A program made the position numbers and the translations under genes. A stretch of 48,467 bases of DNA. Source: an uncultured bacterium (lineage in GTDB: Bacteria; Actinomycetota; Actinomycetes; S36-B12). The notes below the pieces were generated by a model. That model was not told the DNA's origin. It saw only the letters and a program-made list of their open reading frames with translations, and made no database searches. The DNA is taken from NCBI GenBank assembly GCA_903909555.1, contig CAIVWG010000240.1, forward strand, positions 1 through 48,467, read 5' to 3'. Of this stretch, positions 18,666 to 27,030 are shown one piece after another; the first letter of the stretch is position 1, and every line of letters begins with the position of its first letter.

Positions 18666-19111
18666 GCGTGGAACCCCGCGGGGAGCGTCGTGGGCTCGTC
18701 GACCTCGACCATGCTCGCGCCGGGGACGGCGGAGAAGCGCTCGTGCGACTCCCCGGCCCACCCGGCCGGCGTGCGGCGATCACGCTTCGTCACGAGGTTG
18801 ACCCACGACGAGGTGCCCTGGAGGCGGTTGTCGACAGGCGGGCGAAGGTCGTGGAACTCCTCCTCCCAGTGATGAGGATTCACGGGCGAGTGCGAGCGCT
18901 CCTCGGCCTTGACCCACACGCAGCGCATCTCCGGCTTGACCTCGCAGTGCCCGTCCTCGCGCACGCCTCCGCACGGGCCATTGCGCAGGGTCTTGGGGCA
19001 GGTCATCGGGCAGGTCATGCCGGTGGAGTGCAGGACGCACTGGCCGCACATGCGGCAGTCCCACACCGGCTTCTTCACGGCGTGCTCGAGGAGGGGAAGC
19101 AGCTTGGGCAT
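18662..19111 (-). CDS. metV: MetV-like Cys-rich partner of MTHFR (MTHFR_C domain)
   Basis: CRMCGQC...CPMTCPKTLRNGPCGG...CEV...CVW; translationally coupled to metF. Confidence 0.85.
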   Translation of the reverse strand: MPKLLPLLEHAVKKPVWDCRMCGQCVLHSTGMTCPMTCPKTLRNGPCGGVREDGHCEVKPEMRCVWVKAEERSHSPVNPHHWEEEFHDLRPPVDNRLQGTSSWVNLVTKRDRRTPAGWAGESHERFSAVPGASMVEVDEPTTLPAGFHA

Positions 19112-19120
19112 GGGGCCGCG

Positions 19121-19777
19121 CTATCCGGCGCGCTTCGCGGCGACGAACTCCTTGGCCTTGCGCACGGCCGTGGCGGCATCGGCGGCGTACCCGTCGGCCC
19201 CGCAGACATCGGCGTACTCCTGCGTCACCGGCGCCCCGCCCACCATGACGACCACCCTGTCCCGCAGCCCGGCCTTCTCGATGGCATTGATGTTGGCCTT
19301 GAACATCGGCATCGTCGTGGTGAGGAAGGCAGACATGCCCACGATGTCCGGCTGGTGCTCCTCGATGGCGGCGACGAACTTCTCCGGCGGCACCTGCACG
19401 CCCAGATCGATCACGGTGAAGCCGGCGCCCTCGAGCATGATGTTGACGAGGTTCTTGCCGATGTCGTGGACATCGCCCTTGACCGTGCCCATGAGGAACG
19501 TGCCCACGCTCTCGACACCGGTCTGCGCGAGGAGGGGTCGAAGGAGGTCGAGCGCTGCAGCCATCGCCTTGCCGGCGATGAGCATCTCGGGCACGAACCA
19601 GTCGCCACGCTCGAAACGCGCGCCCACCTCCTCCAGCGAGGGAATGAGGGCCTCGAACAGCATGGTCTCGGGGGGCATGCCCGAGTCGATGCCCGCTTGG
19701 GTGAGCTCGATGACGGCGGGCTTGTTGCCGATCATGGTCTCGTCGTAGAGGCCCTTGAGGATCTCGTCGGGGGTCAT
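19121..19777 (-). CDS. Corrinoid (B12-binding) protein, MttC/MtgC type
   Basis: Cap domain (FVPEMLIAGKAM), DxHxxG motif in GDVHDIGKNLV, SAFLTTT, VGGAPV. ATGA overlap with iclR. Confidence 0.95.
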   Translation of the reverse strand: MTPDEILKGLYDETMIGNKPAVIELTQAGIDSGMPPETMLFEALIPSLEEVGARFERGDWFVPEMLIAGKAMAAALDLLRPLLAQTGVESVGTFLMGTVKGDVHDIGKNLVNIMLEGAGFTVIDLGVQVPPEKFVAAIEEHQPDIVGMSAFLTTTMPMFKANINAIEKAGLRDRVVVMVGGAPVTQEYADVCGADGYAADAATAVRKAKEFVAAKRAG

Positions 19778-20601
19778 GCTGCTCCCTTGCGTGAGGTGCC
19801 GGCTCGGTCGTGGCGGGGTTGCGGGCGGAGGGCCAGGCTGATGGCGTCGGCCGCCTCGACCACATGCGCGGCGACCTGGGGGATCGCCTCGGGGGTGAGG
19901 CGCACGGAGGGTCCGGAGACCGACACGGCCGCGGTCACCGACCCGTCCGCTGAGCGGATGGGCGCGGCCACGGCGACGAGGCCCGGCTCGAGCTCGGAGT
20001 CCACGACCGCGAAGCCCTGGCGGGCGACCCGGTCGAGCTCGCGCTGCAACTGGGAGCGCGAGGTGAGCGTGTGCTCGGTGAGGCGGGGCAGTCGGCCGGC
20101 CGGCAGGGGGTAGCCGTGGGCGAGGAAGACGCGTCCGAGCGCGCTGCAGTGGAAGGGGACCGGCTGGTCGAGCCAGTTGACGGCGCCGAGGAGGTACGTC
20201 GAGTCGACCTGGGCGATCTGGCGAACTTCGCCGCCGAGCGGGATCGCGAGGTTGACGGTCTCGCGGGTGAGCGCCCCGAGCTGATCGAGAGATGGCTGCG
20301 CCATCCGGATGAGGGTGTCCTCCGGGCGCACCGACAGGGCGTAGTCGGCGATCACGGGGCCCGGCACCATCGCGCCGTCGTCCGTGCGCTGGACGAGGCC
20401 GCTGCGCTCCAGGCTCGACAGCAGGCGGGAGACCGTGCTCTTGGGCAGGCCACTCGCGGCGACGAGGTCGGCCGAGGCCACCGGCTCGGGGGAGTCCAGG
20501 ACGGCGACGAGAAGCAGGGCCGCCCGATCGACGGCCTGGGTGCCCACCGGGCCCGCGGGGGCGGCCAAGCCGCCCCGGTCGGACTGCGCCGCGGGTGCCA
20601 T
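19774..20601 (-). CDS. IclR family transcriptional regulator
   Basis: QAVDRAALLL, GLPKSTVSRLL HTH, RETVNL, HCSALGRVFLA, VAAPI, VSVSGP; AAGGA RBS. Confidence 0.93.
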   Translation of the reverse strand: MAPAAQSDRGGLAAPAGPVGTQAVDRAALLLVAVLDSPEPVASADLVAASGLPKSTVSRLLSSLERSGLVQRTDDGAMVPGPVIADYALSVRPEDTLIRMAQPSLDQLGALTRETVNLAIPLGGEVRQIAQVDSTYLLGAVNWLDQPVPFHCSALGRVFLAHGYPLPAGRLPRLTEHTLTSRSQLQRELDRVARQGFAVVDSELEPGLVAVAAPIRSADGSVTAAVSVSGPSVRLTPEAIPQVAAHVVEAADAISLALRPQPRHDRAGTSRKGAA

Positions 20602-20619
20602 GGTCCTTCCCTTCGCGAG

Positions 20620-20636
20620 GTTCCACCATATGGAAC
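20620..20636. promoter_or_regulatory. Palindromic candidate IclR operator GTTCCA-N5-TGGAAC
   Basis: Perfect 6-bp inverted arms in the divergent iclR/mttB intergenic region. Confidence 0.65.
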
Positions 20637-20653
20637 ACGTGTGCCAAAAAGCG

Positions 20654-20663
20654 AGTGTAGGAT
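20654..20663. promoter_or_regulatory. Overlapping divergent -10 elements: TACACT on - (20654-20659) and TAGGAT on + (20658-20663)
   Basis: Both match the actinobacterial TANNNT consensus and point toward the two divergent operons. Confidence 0.45.
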
Positions 20664-20716
20664 CCCCTCCCAGGTCGGTCAAGGCGGACGGTCCGGTCAC
20701 GACGGAGGGAAACCCC

Positions 20717-22156
20717 ATGTTCGTCAACAATCTCCCGCGCTACGACATCCTGTCCGAGGACTCGATGGCGGTCCTCGACCGCGGCTGGCGGCGGATCGTC
20801 TCGGAACTCGGCGTGGAGTTCATGAAGCCCGAGGCCGTCGAGCTGTTCAAGGCCGCCGGGATGCGCACCGAGGGCGACAAGGTCTTCTTCGACCCCGACT
20901 TCGTGCTCGAGCAGGTGGCCAAGGCGCCGCGCGAGTTCGACATCCAGGCGCGCAACCCGGACAACACCGTGCACATCGGCGGCAACCACATGGTCTTCTC
21001 CAGCGTGTACGGGCCTCCCTTCGTGCGCCAGGGCGACGTACGTCGTGATGCCACGATGGAGGACTACCGCAACTTCGCGAAGCTCGCCCAGTCCTTCAGT
21101 GCCATCGACAGCGTGGGCGGCGTCGTCTGCGAGCCCAGCGATGCGCCGCTCGACTCGCGCCACCTCGACATGCTCTACGCCGCGATGACGCTGACCGACA
21201 AGTTCTACATGGGCAATGTCGTGAGCGGCACGCGTGCCCTCGACACCATCCGGATGAGCGAGATCCTCTTCGGCAGCCGCGAGGCGATCGAGGAGACACC
21301 CGTGTGCATCTCCCTCATCAACTGCAACTCGCCGCTGCGCTGGGATGACCGGATGCTCGAGGCGCAGTTCGAGTACGCCCACGCCATGCAGCCGGTGGTG
21401 CTGACGCCCTTCCTCCTCATGGGCGCCATGTCCCCGGTGTCGATCCCCTCGACGCTGGCGCAGCAGATGGCCGAGACGCTCACGGGGATCGCGCTCACCC
21501 AGCTCATCCGGCCGGGGGCGCCCGTGGTCTTCGGATCGTTCCTCTCCAACATCGACATGCAGTCCGGCTCCCCGCAGTTCGGCACCCCGGAGTCGGCGAT
21601 CGGGCTGCTGTGCACCGGGCAGATCGCCCGCCACATCGGGCTCCCCTTCCGCACCGGCGGCGGGCTCAACTCGTCCCAGACGCCGGATGCGCAAGCGGCG
21701 TTCGAGTCCCTCATGACGATGCTGCCGACGTTCCTGGCCGGCACGAACTTCGTCATGCACACCGCGGGCTGGCTCGAGGGCGGCCTCGTCGCGGGCTACG
21801 AGAAGTACGTGCTCGACGTCCAGGCCCTGGAGTCACTCGAGAGGGAGTTCACCCCCGTGGACTTCACCGACGAGACGCTGGCCTTCGGAGCTCATGAGGA
21901 GGTGGGTGCGGGCGGGCACTTCCTGGGAGCCGAGCACACCATGGAGCGCTTCCGCACCTGCTTCTACCGGCCCTTCCTGTGGAACTCCGACAACTTCGAG
22001 CGCTGGACCCGCCTGGGCGCCCGCGACGCCGTCGAGCGGGCCCGCGAGGTGTACGAGAAGAAGCTCGAGGAGTACGAGCCCCCGCCGCTGGACGAGGCGA
22101 TCCGCGAGGAGCTCGAGGAGTACGTCGTCCGGCGCAGGGCCGAACTCGGGGACTAG
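20717..22156 (+). CDS. MttB-superfamily methyltransferase, non-pyrrolysine (probable glycine betaine:corrinoid methyltransferase, MtgB-like)
   Basis: INCNSPLRWD, GAMSPVS, GTPE, PDAQAAFE, HTAGWLEGGL, GGHFLGAEHT. No in-frame TAG. Substrate inferred from betAB/ABC context. Confidence 0.9.
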   Translation: MFVNNLPRYDILSEDSMAVLDRGWRRIVSELGVEFMKPEAVELFKAAGMRTEGDKVFFDPDFVLEQVAKAPREFDIQARNPDNTVHIGGNHMVFSSVYGPPFVRQGDVRRDATMEDYRNFAKLAQSFSAIDSVGGVVCEPSDAPLDSRHLDMLYAAMTLTDKFYMGNVVSGTRALDTIRMSEILFGSREAIEETPVCISLINCNSPLRWDDRMLEAQFEYAHAMQPVVLTPFLLMGAMSPVSIPSTLAQQMAETLTGIALTQLIRPGAPVVFGSFLSNIDMQSGSPQFGTPESAIGLLCTGQIARHIGLPFRTGGGLNSSQTPDAQAAFESLMTMLPTFLAGTNFVMHTAGWLEGGLVAGYEKYVLDVQALESLEREFTPVDFTDETLAFGAHEEVGAGGHFLGAEHTMERFRTCFYRPFLWNSDNFERWTRLGARDAVERAREVYEKKLEEYEPPPLDEAIREELEEYVVRRRAELGD

Positions 22157-22184
22157 GCTGCGGCCCTTCGGAAGGAGGCCCCTC

Positions 22185-22730
22185 ATGATCCCTCGAGTGC
22201 GTCCCGCCCTCACTGTCCTGGCCGCCGCCGGGCTGCTGCTCGCCGTTCCTGCGCCTGGCCAGGCGGACGAGCGAGCCCCGCGCACCAAGACCCTCGTCTT
22301 CGAGATCAGCCTGACCCCGGTGTCCCAGGACTCGCATTCGCTGCCTGGCGGCGTGATCTACGGCCAGGGCACCCTCGAGGGCACCACCTCATGGGGCCGC
22401 CGCGCGGCCACGGTGGAGTGGCAGTGCAGCCGTGCACTCGTCGACGGCGCCGGGCCCGCGAACGACCTCGTGACGATCCGCCGCTCCTCCGACGGTGCCG
22501 TTCTCGCGCTCGCGGTCACCGGCTGGATCACCCCCCGCGACGGCGCGCCGTACCGCCTGGACGGGAGCGTCGAGGTCCTCGGCGGCAAGGGGCGCTACCG
22601 GGGCGCCACGGGCAACGGCACGGTGACGGGCCTCCCCGGTCGCGCCACCCTCACCGTCACCGTCGTGCAGCCGCACGCCGCTCCCCGCGATGCGGCCGCT
22701 CCGCGCGCCTGGGGGGACGTGGGCTGCTGA
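22185..22730 (+). CDS. Secreted protein with dirigent/allene-oxide-cyclase-like beta-barrel motif
   Basis: AAGGAGG RBS, N-terminal signal peptide, VLGGKGRYRGATGNG motif. Confidence 0.6.
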   Translation: MIPRVRPALTVLAAAGLLLAVPAPGQADERAPRTKTLVFEISLTPVSQDSHSLPGGVIYGQGTLEGTTSWGRRAATVEWQCSRALVDGAGPANDLVTIRRSSDGAVLALAVTGWITPRDGAPYRLDGSVEVLGGKGRYRGATGNGTVTGLPGRATLTVTVVQPHAAPRDAAAPRAWGDVGC

Positions 22731-22770
22731 GCCGGCCCGGGGCGGCCACGACGGGTCGTAGAGTGTGCGC

Positions 22771-24450
22771 ATGCCGAGGGGTTACGACTACATCATCGTG
22801 GGCGGCGGATCCGCCGGATGCGCCCTCGCGGCCCGGCTGACCGAGGACCCGTCCACCCAGGTCCTGCTCCTCGAGGCGGGACGTCCCGACTACGCCTTCG
22901 ACGTCTACGTCCACATGCCTGCCGCGCTCACCTTCCCCATCGGCAACCCCCTCTACGACTGGATGTACGCGTCGCAGCCGGAGCCGCACATGAACGGCCG
23001 GCGCATCAATCACGGCCGCGGCAAGATCCTCGGGGGCTCGAGTTCCATCAACGGGATGATCTTCCAGCGCGGCAACCCGATGGACTACGAGCGCTGGGCC
23101 GCGGATCCCGGGATGGAGTCCTGGGATTACGCCCACTGCCTGCCCTACTTCAAGAAGATGGAGGACTGCCGCGCCGGCGCCGACGAGTGGCGGGGCAAGG
23201 ACGGCCCGCTCATCCTCGAGCGGGGCGAGGTGCGCAATCCGCTGTTCTCGGCGTTCTTCGCGGCGGTCCAGGAGGCCGGGCACGAGATCACCTCCGACGT
23301 CAACGGCTACAAGCAGGAAGGCTTCGCGGCGTTCGACCGCAACGTCCACCACGGGCGCCGCTACTCGGCCACCAAGGCCTATCTCCGCGACGCCCTCGCA
23401 CGGCCCAACCTCACCCTCAAGACGCGGGCGCATGTCACCCGGATCACCGTCGATACCTCCTCAGACACCCCTCGGGCGACCGGCGTCGAGGTGTCGCTCG
23501 CCGGGAAGCGCCCCGTCAGCGTGCGCGGGTCCGAGGTGATCCTCTGCGGAGGGGCGTTCAACTCCCCGCAGCTGCTGCAACTGTCCGGCATCGGCAACGC
23601 CGATGACCTTCGCTCCGTGGGCGTCGACCCCGTCCATCACCTTCCCGGGGTCGGCGAGAACCTCCAGGACCACCTCGAGGTGTACGTCCAGCACGCGTGC
23701 ACGCAGCCGGTGTCGCTCAACCCGAACCTCCAACTGTGGCGCCGTCCTGTCATCGGCGCGCAGTGGCTGTTCCTCCGGTCAGGGCCCGGAGCGTCAAACC
23801 ACTTCGAGGCAGGTGGCTTCATTCGCAGCAACGACGAGGTCGACTACCCCAACCTCATGTACCACTTCCTGCCGATCGCCGTGCGGTACGACGGCACCGC
23901 GCCAGCGGGCGGCCATGGCTACCAGGTGCACATCGGGCCCATGTACTCCGACGCGCGCGGGAGCGTGTGGATCACCGGCCCGGACCCCTACGCCCCGCCG
24001 GCCTTCCGCTTCAACTACCTGTCGACCGAGCAGGACCGCCGCGAGTGGGTGGAGGCGATCGCCAAGACCCGCGAGATCCTCGCGCAGGCGGCCTTCGCTC
24101 CCTACAGCGGCGGAGAGATCTCACCGGGGCCCGACGTGCAGTCCGACGAGGCCATCCTCGACTGGGTGCGCCGCGACGGGGAGACGGCGTACCACCCCTC
24201 CTGCACCTGCCGGATGGGCGTCGACGACATGTCCGTCGTCGACCCGCTCACCATGCGCGTGCACGGGACGCAGGGCCTGCGTGTCGTGGACGCGTCGGTC
24301 ATGCCCTACATCACCAACGCCAACCTCTACGCCCCCACCATGATGATCGCCGAGAAGGCCGCCGACCTCATCGCCGGCAACACCCCGCTGGCGCCGGAGC
24401 ACGCCCCCTTCTACCGCCATCGCAAGGAGGCCGCGGCCGCCCATGGCTGA
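22771..24450 (+). CDS. betA: Choline dehydrogenase
   Basis: [64 protein letters not shown] 22771 lies 6 nt after TAGAGT. Confidence 0.95.
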   Translation: MPRGYDYIIVGGGSAGCALAARLTEDPSTQVLLLEAGRPDYAFDVYVHMPAALTFPIGNPLYDWMYASQPEPHMNGRRINHGRGKILGGSSSINGMIFQRGNPMDYERWAADPGMESWDYAHCLPYFKKMEDCRAGADEWRGKDGPLILERGEVRNPLFSAFFAAVQEAGHEITSDVNGYKQEGFAAFDRNVHHGRRYSATKAYLRDALARPNLTLKTRAHVTRITVDTSSDTPRATGVEVSLAGKRPVSVRGSEVILCGGAFNSPQLLQLSGIGNADDLRSVGVDPVHHLPGVGENLQDHLEVYVQHACTQPVSLNPNLQLWRRPVIGAQWLFLRSGPGASNHFEAGGFIRSNDEVDYPNLMYHFLPIAVRYDGTAPAGGHGYQVHIGPMYSDARGSVWITGPDPYAPPAFRFNYLSTEQDRREWVEAIAKTREILAQAAFAPYSGGEISPGPDVQSDEAILDWVRRDGETAYHPSCTCRMGVDDMSVVDPLTMRVHGTQGLRVVDASVMPYITNANLYAPTMMIAEKAADLIAGNTPLAPEHAPFYRHRKEAAAAHG

Positions 24451-25942
24451 CCTCTTCATCGGCGGCCACTGGGTCGCTGCCGCCGACGGGGGAACCCGTG
24501 AGATCCGCTGCCCCGCGGATGGCCAGCCGGTGCGTCGCGTCGACGAGGCGACGTCGGCGGACACCGTGCGCGCTGTCGAGGCGGCGCGGGAGTCCTTCGA
24601 TGACGGCCGCTGGCGCTCCGTGCCCTTCACCGAGCGCGCCCAGTTCCTCGAGCGCGTCGCCGACCTTCTCGAGCGCGACGTCGATGCCATCGCGCGCGCC
24701 GAGTCCCTCGATACGGGCAAGCGCCTGGTGGAGGCGGAGTACGACGTGGCCGACGTGGTGCGGTCATTCCGCTACTTCGCGGGCCTCGCCGGCGGCGATG
24801 CCGTGGGCGGCCGAGTGGTGGATGCCGGCAATCCTCAGGTGCGCTCGCGCATCGACTACGAGCCGGTCGGCGTGTGCGGGCTGATCACGCCCTGGAACTA
24901 CCCGCTCCTCCAGGCGTCGTGGAAGGTCGCCCCCGCGCTCGCGGCGGGCAACTCCTTCGTCCTCAAGCCCAGCGAACTCACCCCGAGCACGACCATCCAC
25001 CTGGTGCGGCTGCTCGAGGAAGCCGGGCTCCCTCCCGGCGTCGCCAACCTCGTGCTCGGCGCCGGTGCGGTCGCGGGAGCCCCGTTGGCGACCCACCCGG
25101 GAGTCGACATGGTGTCCTTCACCGGCGGCCTGGCGACCGGTCGCCGGATCATGGCCGATGCCGCGGGCACGGTGAAGAAGATCGCCCTCGAGCTCGGCGG
25201 CAAGAATCCCAACATCGTGTTCGCGGACGCGGACCTCGACGCCGCCATCGACAACGCGGTCACCGCGGTGTTCCTGCATTCCGGGCAGGTGTGCTCGGCA
25301 GGAGCGCGGCTCCTCGTGGAGGAGTCCGTCCACGACCGCGTGGTCGATGGCATCGTCGCCAAGGCCGAGCGGATCAGGCTGGGAGGCCCCTTCGACCCCC
25401 GCGCCGAGACGGGCCCCCTGATCTCCGCGGGGCACCGGGAGAAGGTGGAGGCCTACGTCGCCGCCGCCCTGGCCGAGGGCGCGGTCCTGCGATGCGGCGG
25501 ATCGGCCCCCGATCCGGCCGAACACCCCTCGCTCGCGGCGGGCTTTTACTACCGTCCCACTGTGCTCGACCGCTGCCGCACGTCCATGTCCTGCGTCCAG
25601 GACGAGTCCTTCGGCCCCGTGCTCACCGTGGAGACGTTCGCGACGGAGGACGAGGCCGTGCGCCTGGGCAATGACACGACCTACGGCCTCGCGGGAGCGG
25701 TGTGGACCTCGGACGCCGGGCGCGGGGAGCGCGTGGCGGCAGCGCTCCGCCACGGCACGATCTGGATCAACGACTACCACCCCTACCTTCCGCAGGCGGA
25801 GTGGGGAGGATTCAAGCAGTCGGGCGTCGGACGGGAATTGGGCCCGACGGGCCTCCACGAGTACCTCGAGGCCAAGCACGTGTACCGCAACCTGGCGCCC
25901 GCGCCCAGCGGGTGGTTCGACGGGGAGGGGGCCGGTTCATGA
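24443..25942 (+). CDS. betB: Betaine aldehyde dehydrogenase
   Basis: [46 protein letters not shown]. Overlaps the betA stop. Confidence 0.88.
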   Translation: MADLFIGGHWVAAADGGTREIRCPADGQPVRRVDEATSADTVRAVEAARESFDDGRWRSVPFTERAQFLERVADLLERDVDAIARAESLDTGKRLVEAEYDVADVVRSFRYFAGLAGGDAVGGRVVDAGNPQVRSRIDYEPVGVCGLITPWNYPLLQASWKVAPALAAGNSFVLKPSELTPSTTIHLVRLLEEAGLPPGVANLVLGAGAVAGAPLATHPGVDMVSFTGGLATGRRIMADAAGTVKKIALELGGKNPNIVFADADLDAAIDNAVTAVFLHSGQVCSAGARLLVEESVHDRVVDGIVAKAERIRLGGPFDPRAETGPLISAGHREKVEAYVAAALAEGAVLRCGGSAPDPAEHPSLAAGFYYRPTVLDRCRTSMSCVQDESFGPVLTVETFATEDEAVRLGNDTTYGLAGAVWTSDAGRGERVAAALRHGTIWINDYHPYLPQAEWGGFKQSGVGRELGPTGLHEYLEAKHVYRNLAPAPSGWFDGEGAGS

Positions 25943-27027
25943 GTGCCGTCGACGCCGTGAGCACCTCGCCGGCGATCTCGGTGCGCGGGCTGTGGAAGGT
26001 CTTCGGGCCCAAGGCGGACCAGGTGGTCGGGACGCCCTACGCCAACCTCAGCCGCGACGACCTGCTCAAGGAGACCGGCTGCACCGCCGCCGTGCGCGAC
26101 GTGACGTTCGACGTCGCCGAGGGCGAAGTCTTCGTCGTCATGGGGCTGTCCGGTTCGGGGAAGTCCACCCTCGTGCGGTGCCTCACACGGCTCATCGACT
26201 CGACGGCCGGCGAGGTGCTCATCGAGGGGGAGGACATCCTCAAGGCGTCGCCGTCCCAGCTCCGCCACCTGCGGCGGACCGAGTTCTCCATGGTGTTCCA
26301 GCACTTCGGCTTGCTTCCGCACCGCAAGGTGATCGACAACATCGCCTACCCCCTCGAGATCCAGGGGGTGAAGAAGGACGTGCGCTACGCCCGCGCCGAG
26401 GAAGTGATCCAACTGGTCGGGCTGCAGGGCTACGGCAACGCCTACCCGGAGCAACTCTCGGGCGGCATGCAGCAGCGCGTGGGCCTGGCGAGGGCCCTCA
26501 CCGTCAACCCCGAGGTCATGTTCCTCGACGAGCCGTTCAGTGCACTCGACCCGCTGATCCGCCGCGACATGCAGGCCGAGGTGATGCGCCTGCACCGCGA
26601 GCTCGGCAAGACCATGGTGTTCATCACCCATGACCTCGCCGAGGCCATGAAGCTGGGCGACCGCATCGCGATCATGCGCGACGGCGCCATCGTGCAGATG
26701 GGCACCGCGAAGGATCTCGTGATGAATCCGGCGGACGGCTACGTCGAGAACTTCCTACGGGACATCCCCAAGAGCCATGTCCTCACCCTCGACGTGGTCG
26801 CTCGGCCGCTGCGCAGCGATGAGACCGCGAGCAGCGTGACCCTGCCCGGTTCGACGATCATCCGCGACGCCACCGGCGCGATCATCAGCGCTCACGGCCC
26901 CGTCCGCGTCATCGAGGGCGGCCGGGAGATCGGCGTCGTGAGCAGCGAGGACGTGCTCGCCCTCATCGCGGGCGACCACGCCCCGGACGGGGTGGCGGAG
27001 CCGCAGCCGTCGGGCCGGGGCGACTAG
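25939..27027 (+). CDS. Glycine betaine/choline ABC transporter ATP-binding subunit (ProV/OpuAA-like)
   Basis: [52 protein letters not shown] overlap. Confidence 0.93.
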   Translation: MSAVDAVSTSPAISVRGLWKVFGPKADQVVGTPYANLSRDDLLKETGCTAAVRDVTFDVAEGEVFVVMGLSGSGKSTLVRCLTRLIDSTAGEVLIEGEDILKASPSQLRHLRRTEFSMVFQHFGLLPHRKVIDNIAYPLEIQGVKKDVRYARAEEVIQLVGLQGYGNAYPEQLSGGMQQRVGLARALTVNPEVMFLDEPFSALDPLIRRDMQAEVMRLHRELGKTMVFITHDLAEAMKLGDRIAIMRDGAIVQMGTAKDLVMNPADGYVENFLRDIPKSHVLTLDVVARPLRSDETASSVTLPGSTIIRDATGAIISAHGPVRVIEGGREIGVVSSEDVLALIAGDHAPDGVAEPQPSGRGD

Positions 27028-27030
27028 GCC

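Noticed and set aside
20602-20716. Cobalamin or THF riboswitch ahead of the corrinoid operon
   Set aside because: The region is too short and has no B12-box-like motif. It is better explained by an operator and promoters.
19121-21760. 879-aa ORF suggesting a long N-terminal fusion on the corrinoid protein
   Set aside because: Only the part from ATG 19777 is real. The extension overlaps iclR out of frame and mttB antisense.
20717-22156. Pyrrolysine recoding in MttB
   Set aside because: No in-frame TAG, Leu at the equivalent position, and no pyl genes in the window.
5833-22156. Acetogenic Wood-Ljungdahl CO2 fixation
   Set aside because: No CODH/ACS or CoFeSP genes in the window. The context points to catabolic demethylation.
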